Below are positions 63,373 through 64,000 of a stretch of DNA of 64,000 bases, one piece after another. The DNA comes from Deltaproteobacteria bacterium (GTDB lineage Bacteria > Desulfobacterota > Binatia > Bin18): positions 80,389-144,388 of the forward strand of contig JACPWD010000032.1 in assembly GCA_016197285.1 (NCBI GenBank), written 5' to 3'. The notes under the pieces were generated by a model, which was not told where the DNA came from, did no database searches, and was given only the letters and a program-made list of their open reading frames with translations. The stretch's first letter is position 1. Every line of letters begins with the position of its first letter. The position numbers were made by a program, and so were the translations under genes.

Positions 63373-64000
63373 AACGACAATGGCCCATGGTGCCATTGGG
63401 TGAGGTGCTGAGACTCGACCTCGACCGAGTTGTTGTCGATGCAAGTCGAACCTATCCGATGGTTGGTGTTTACAGTTTCGGACGCGGATTATTTGACCGA
63501 GAACCTGTTGAAGCGGGCAAGACGAGCTACCGTCATTTCTTCCGTCTCAAAGCTGACCACATCATAATGAGTCAACTCTTCGGGTGGGAAGGTGCTTTAG
63601 CCCTTTCTTCACCACAGTTCACTGGGAAGTTCGTTTCGCCGCAGTTTCCAACATTTCTTTGTGACGAGTTGAAATTAGATCGTCTGTTTCTCAAATGGCT
63701 AATGAAACGCCCGATGTTCTGGCAAGATCTTGGCTCTCGTGCAAGTGGCATGGGCGACCGACGGCGCACACTTAATCCTGACGCACTTTTCAAATGCGAA
63801 ATCCCCCTCCCCTCGCTTTCCGAGCAGCAGCGCATCGTGGCGCGGATCGAAGAGCTAGCCGTCAAGATCGAAGAGGCGCGAGGGCTGCGGCGGCAGGCAG
63901 TGGCGGAGACGACTTCGTTCGTCAGCAGCTTACATTTGAGCTTGGCCGGGGAAAGAGTCGTTGCACTGGGCGATATTCTCAGACTCGATGAATCCAAAGA
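63369..64000 (+). CDS. hsdS: Type I R-M specificity subunit HsdS (3' end runs off window)
   Basis: ATG 63369 overlaps DUF1016 stop; WPMVPLGEVL...VSPQFPTF...IPLPSLSEQQRIVARIEEL. Confidence 0.9.
   Translation, partial: MKRQWPMVPLGEVLRLDLDRVVVDASRTYPMVGVYSFGRGLFDREPVEAGKTSYRHFFRLKADHIIMSQLFGWEGALALSSPQFTGKFVSPQFPTFLCDELKLDRLFLKWLMKRPMFWQDLGSRASGMGDRRRTLNPDALFKCEIPLPSLSEQQRIVARIEELAVKIEEARGLRRQAVAETTSFVSSLHLSLAGERVVALGDILRLDESK

Overview
Bacterial chromosomal window spanning the replication origin: dnaA-oriC-dnaN-gyrB-gyrA, with hemL and a split F0 ATP-synthase cluster (atpZ/I-atpB-atpE) running divergently. The gene style and the split atp operon suggest a deltaproteobacterial/Binatia-like organism (inference only). 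The rest holds housekeeping and acyl-CoA/ETF metabolism genes, a tandem pair of PQQ/cytochrome-c dehydrogenases, a PIN toxin-antitoxin locus, an orphan HEPN gene and two type I restriction-modification loci. The first R-M locus has two single-base frameshifts and is interrupted by an IS200-like TnpA flanked by inverted hairpin repeats. The most striking unexplained structure is a set of small palindromic repeats. It includes a 154-bp nested MITE-like element present twice, an 82-bp MITE with a 9-bp target duplication inserted into a REP hairpin, and several repeats sitting in frame inside HsdM, HsdR and an adenylate cyclase. No rRNA, tRNA or CRISPR array was seen. Family assignments come from motif recognition by eye, not from database searches.
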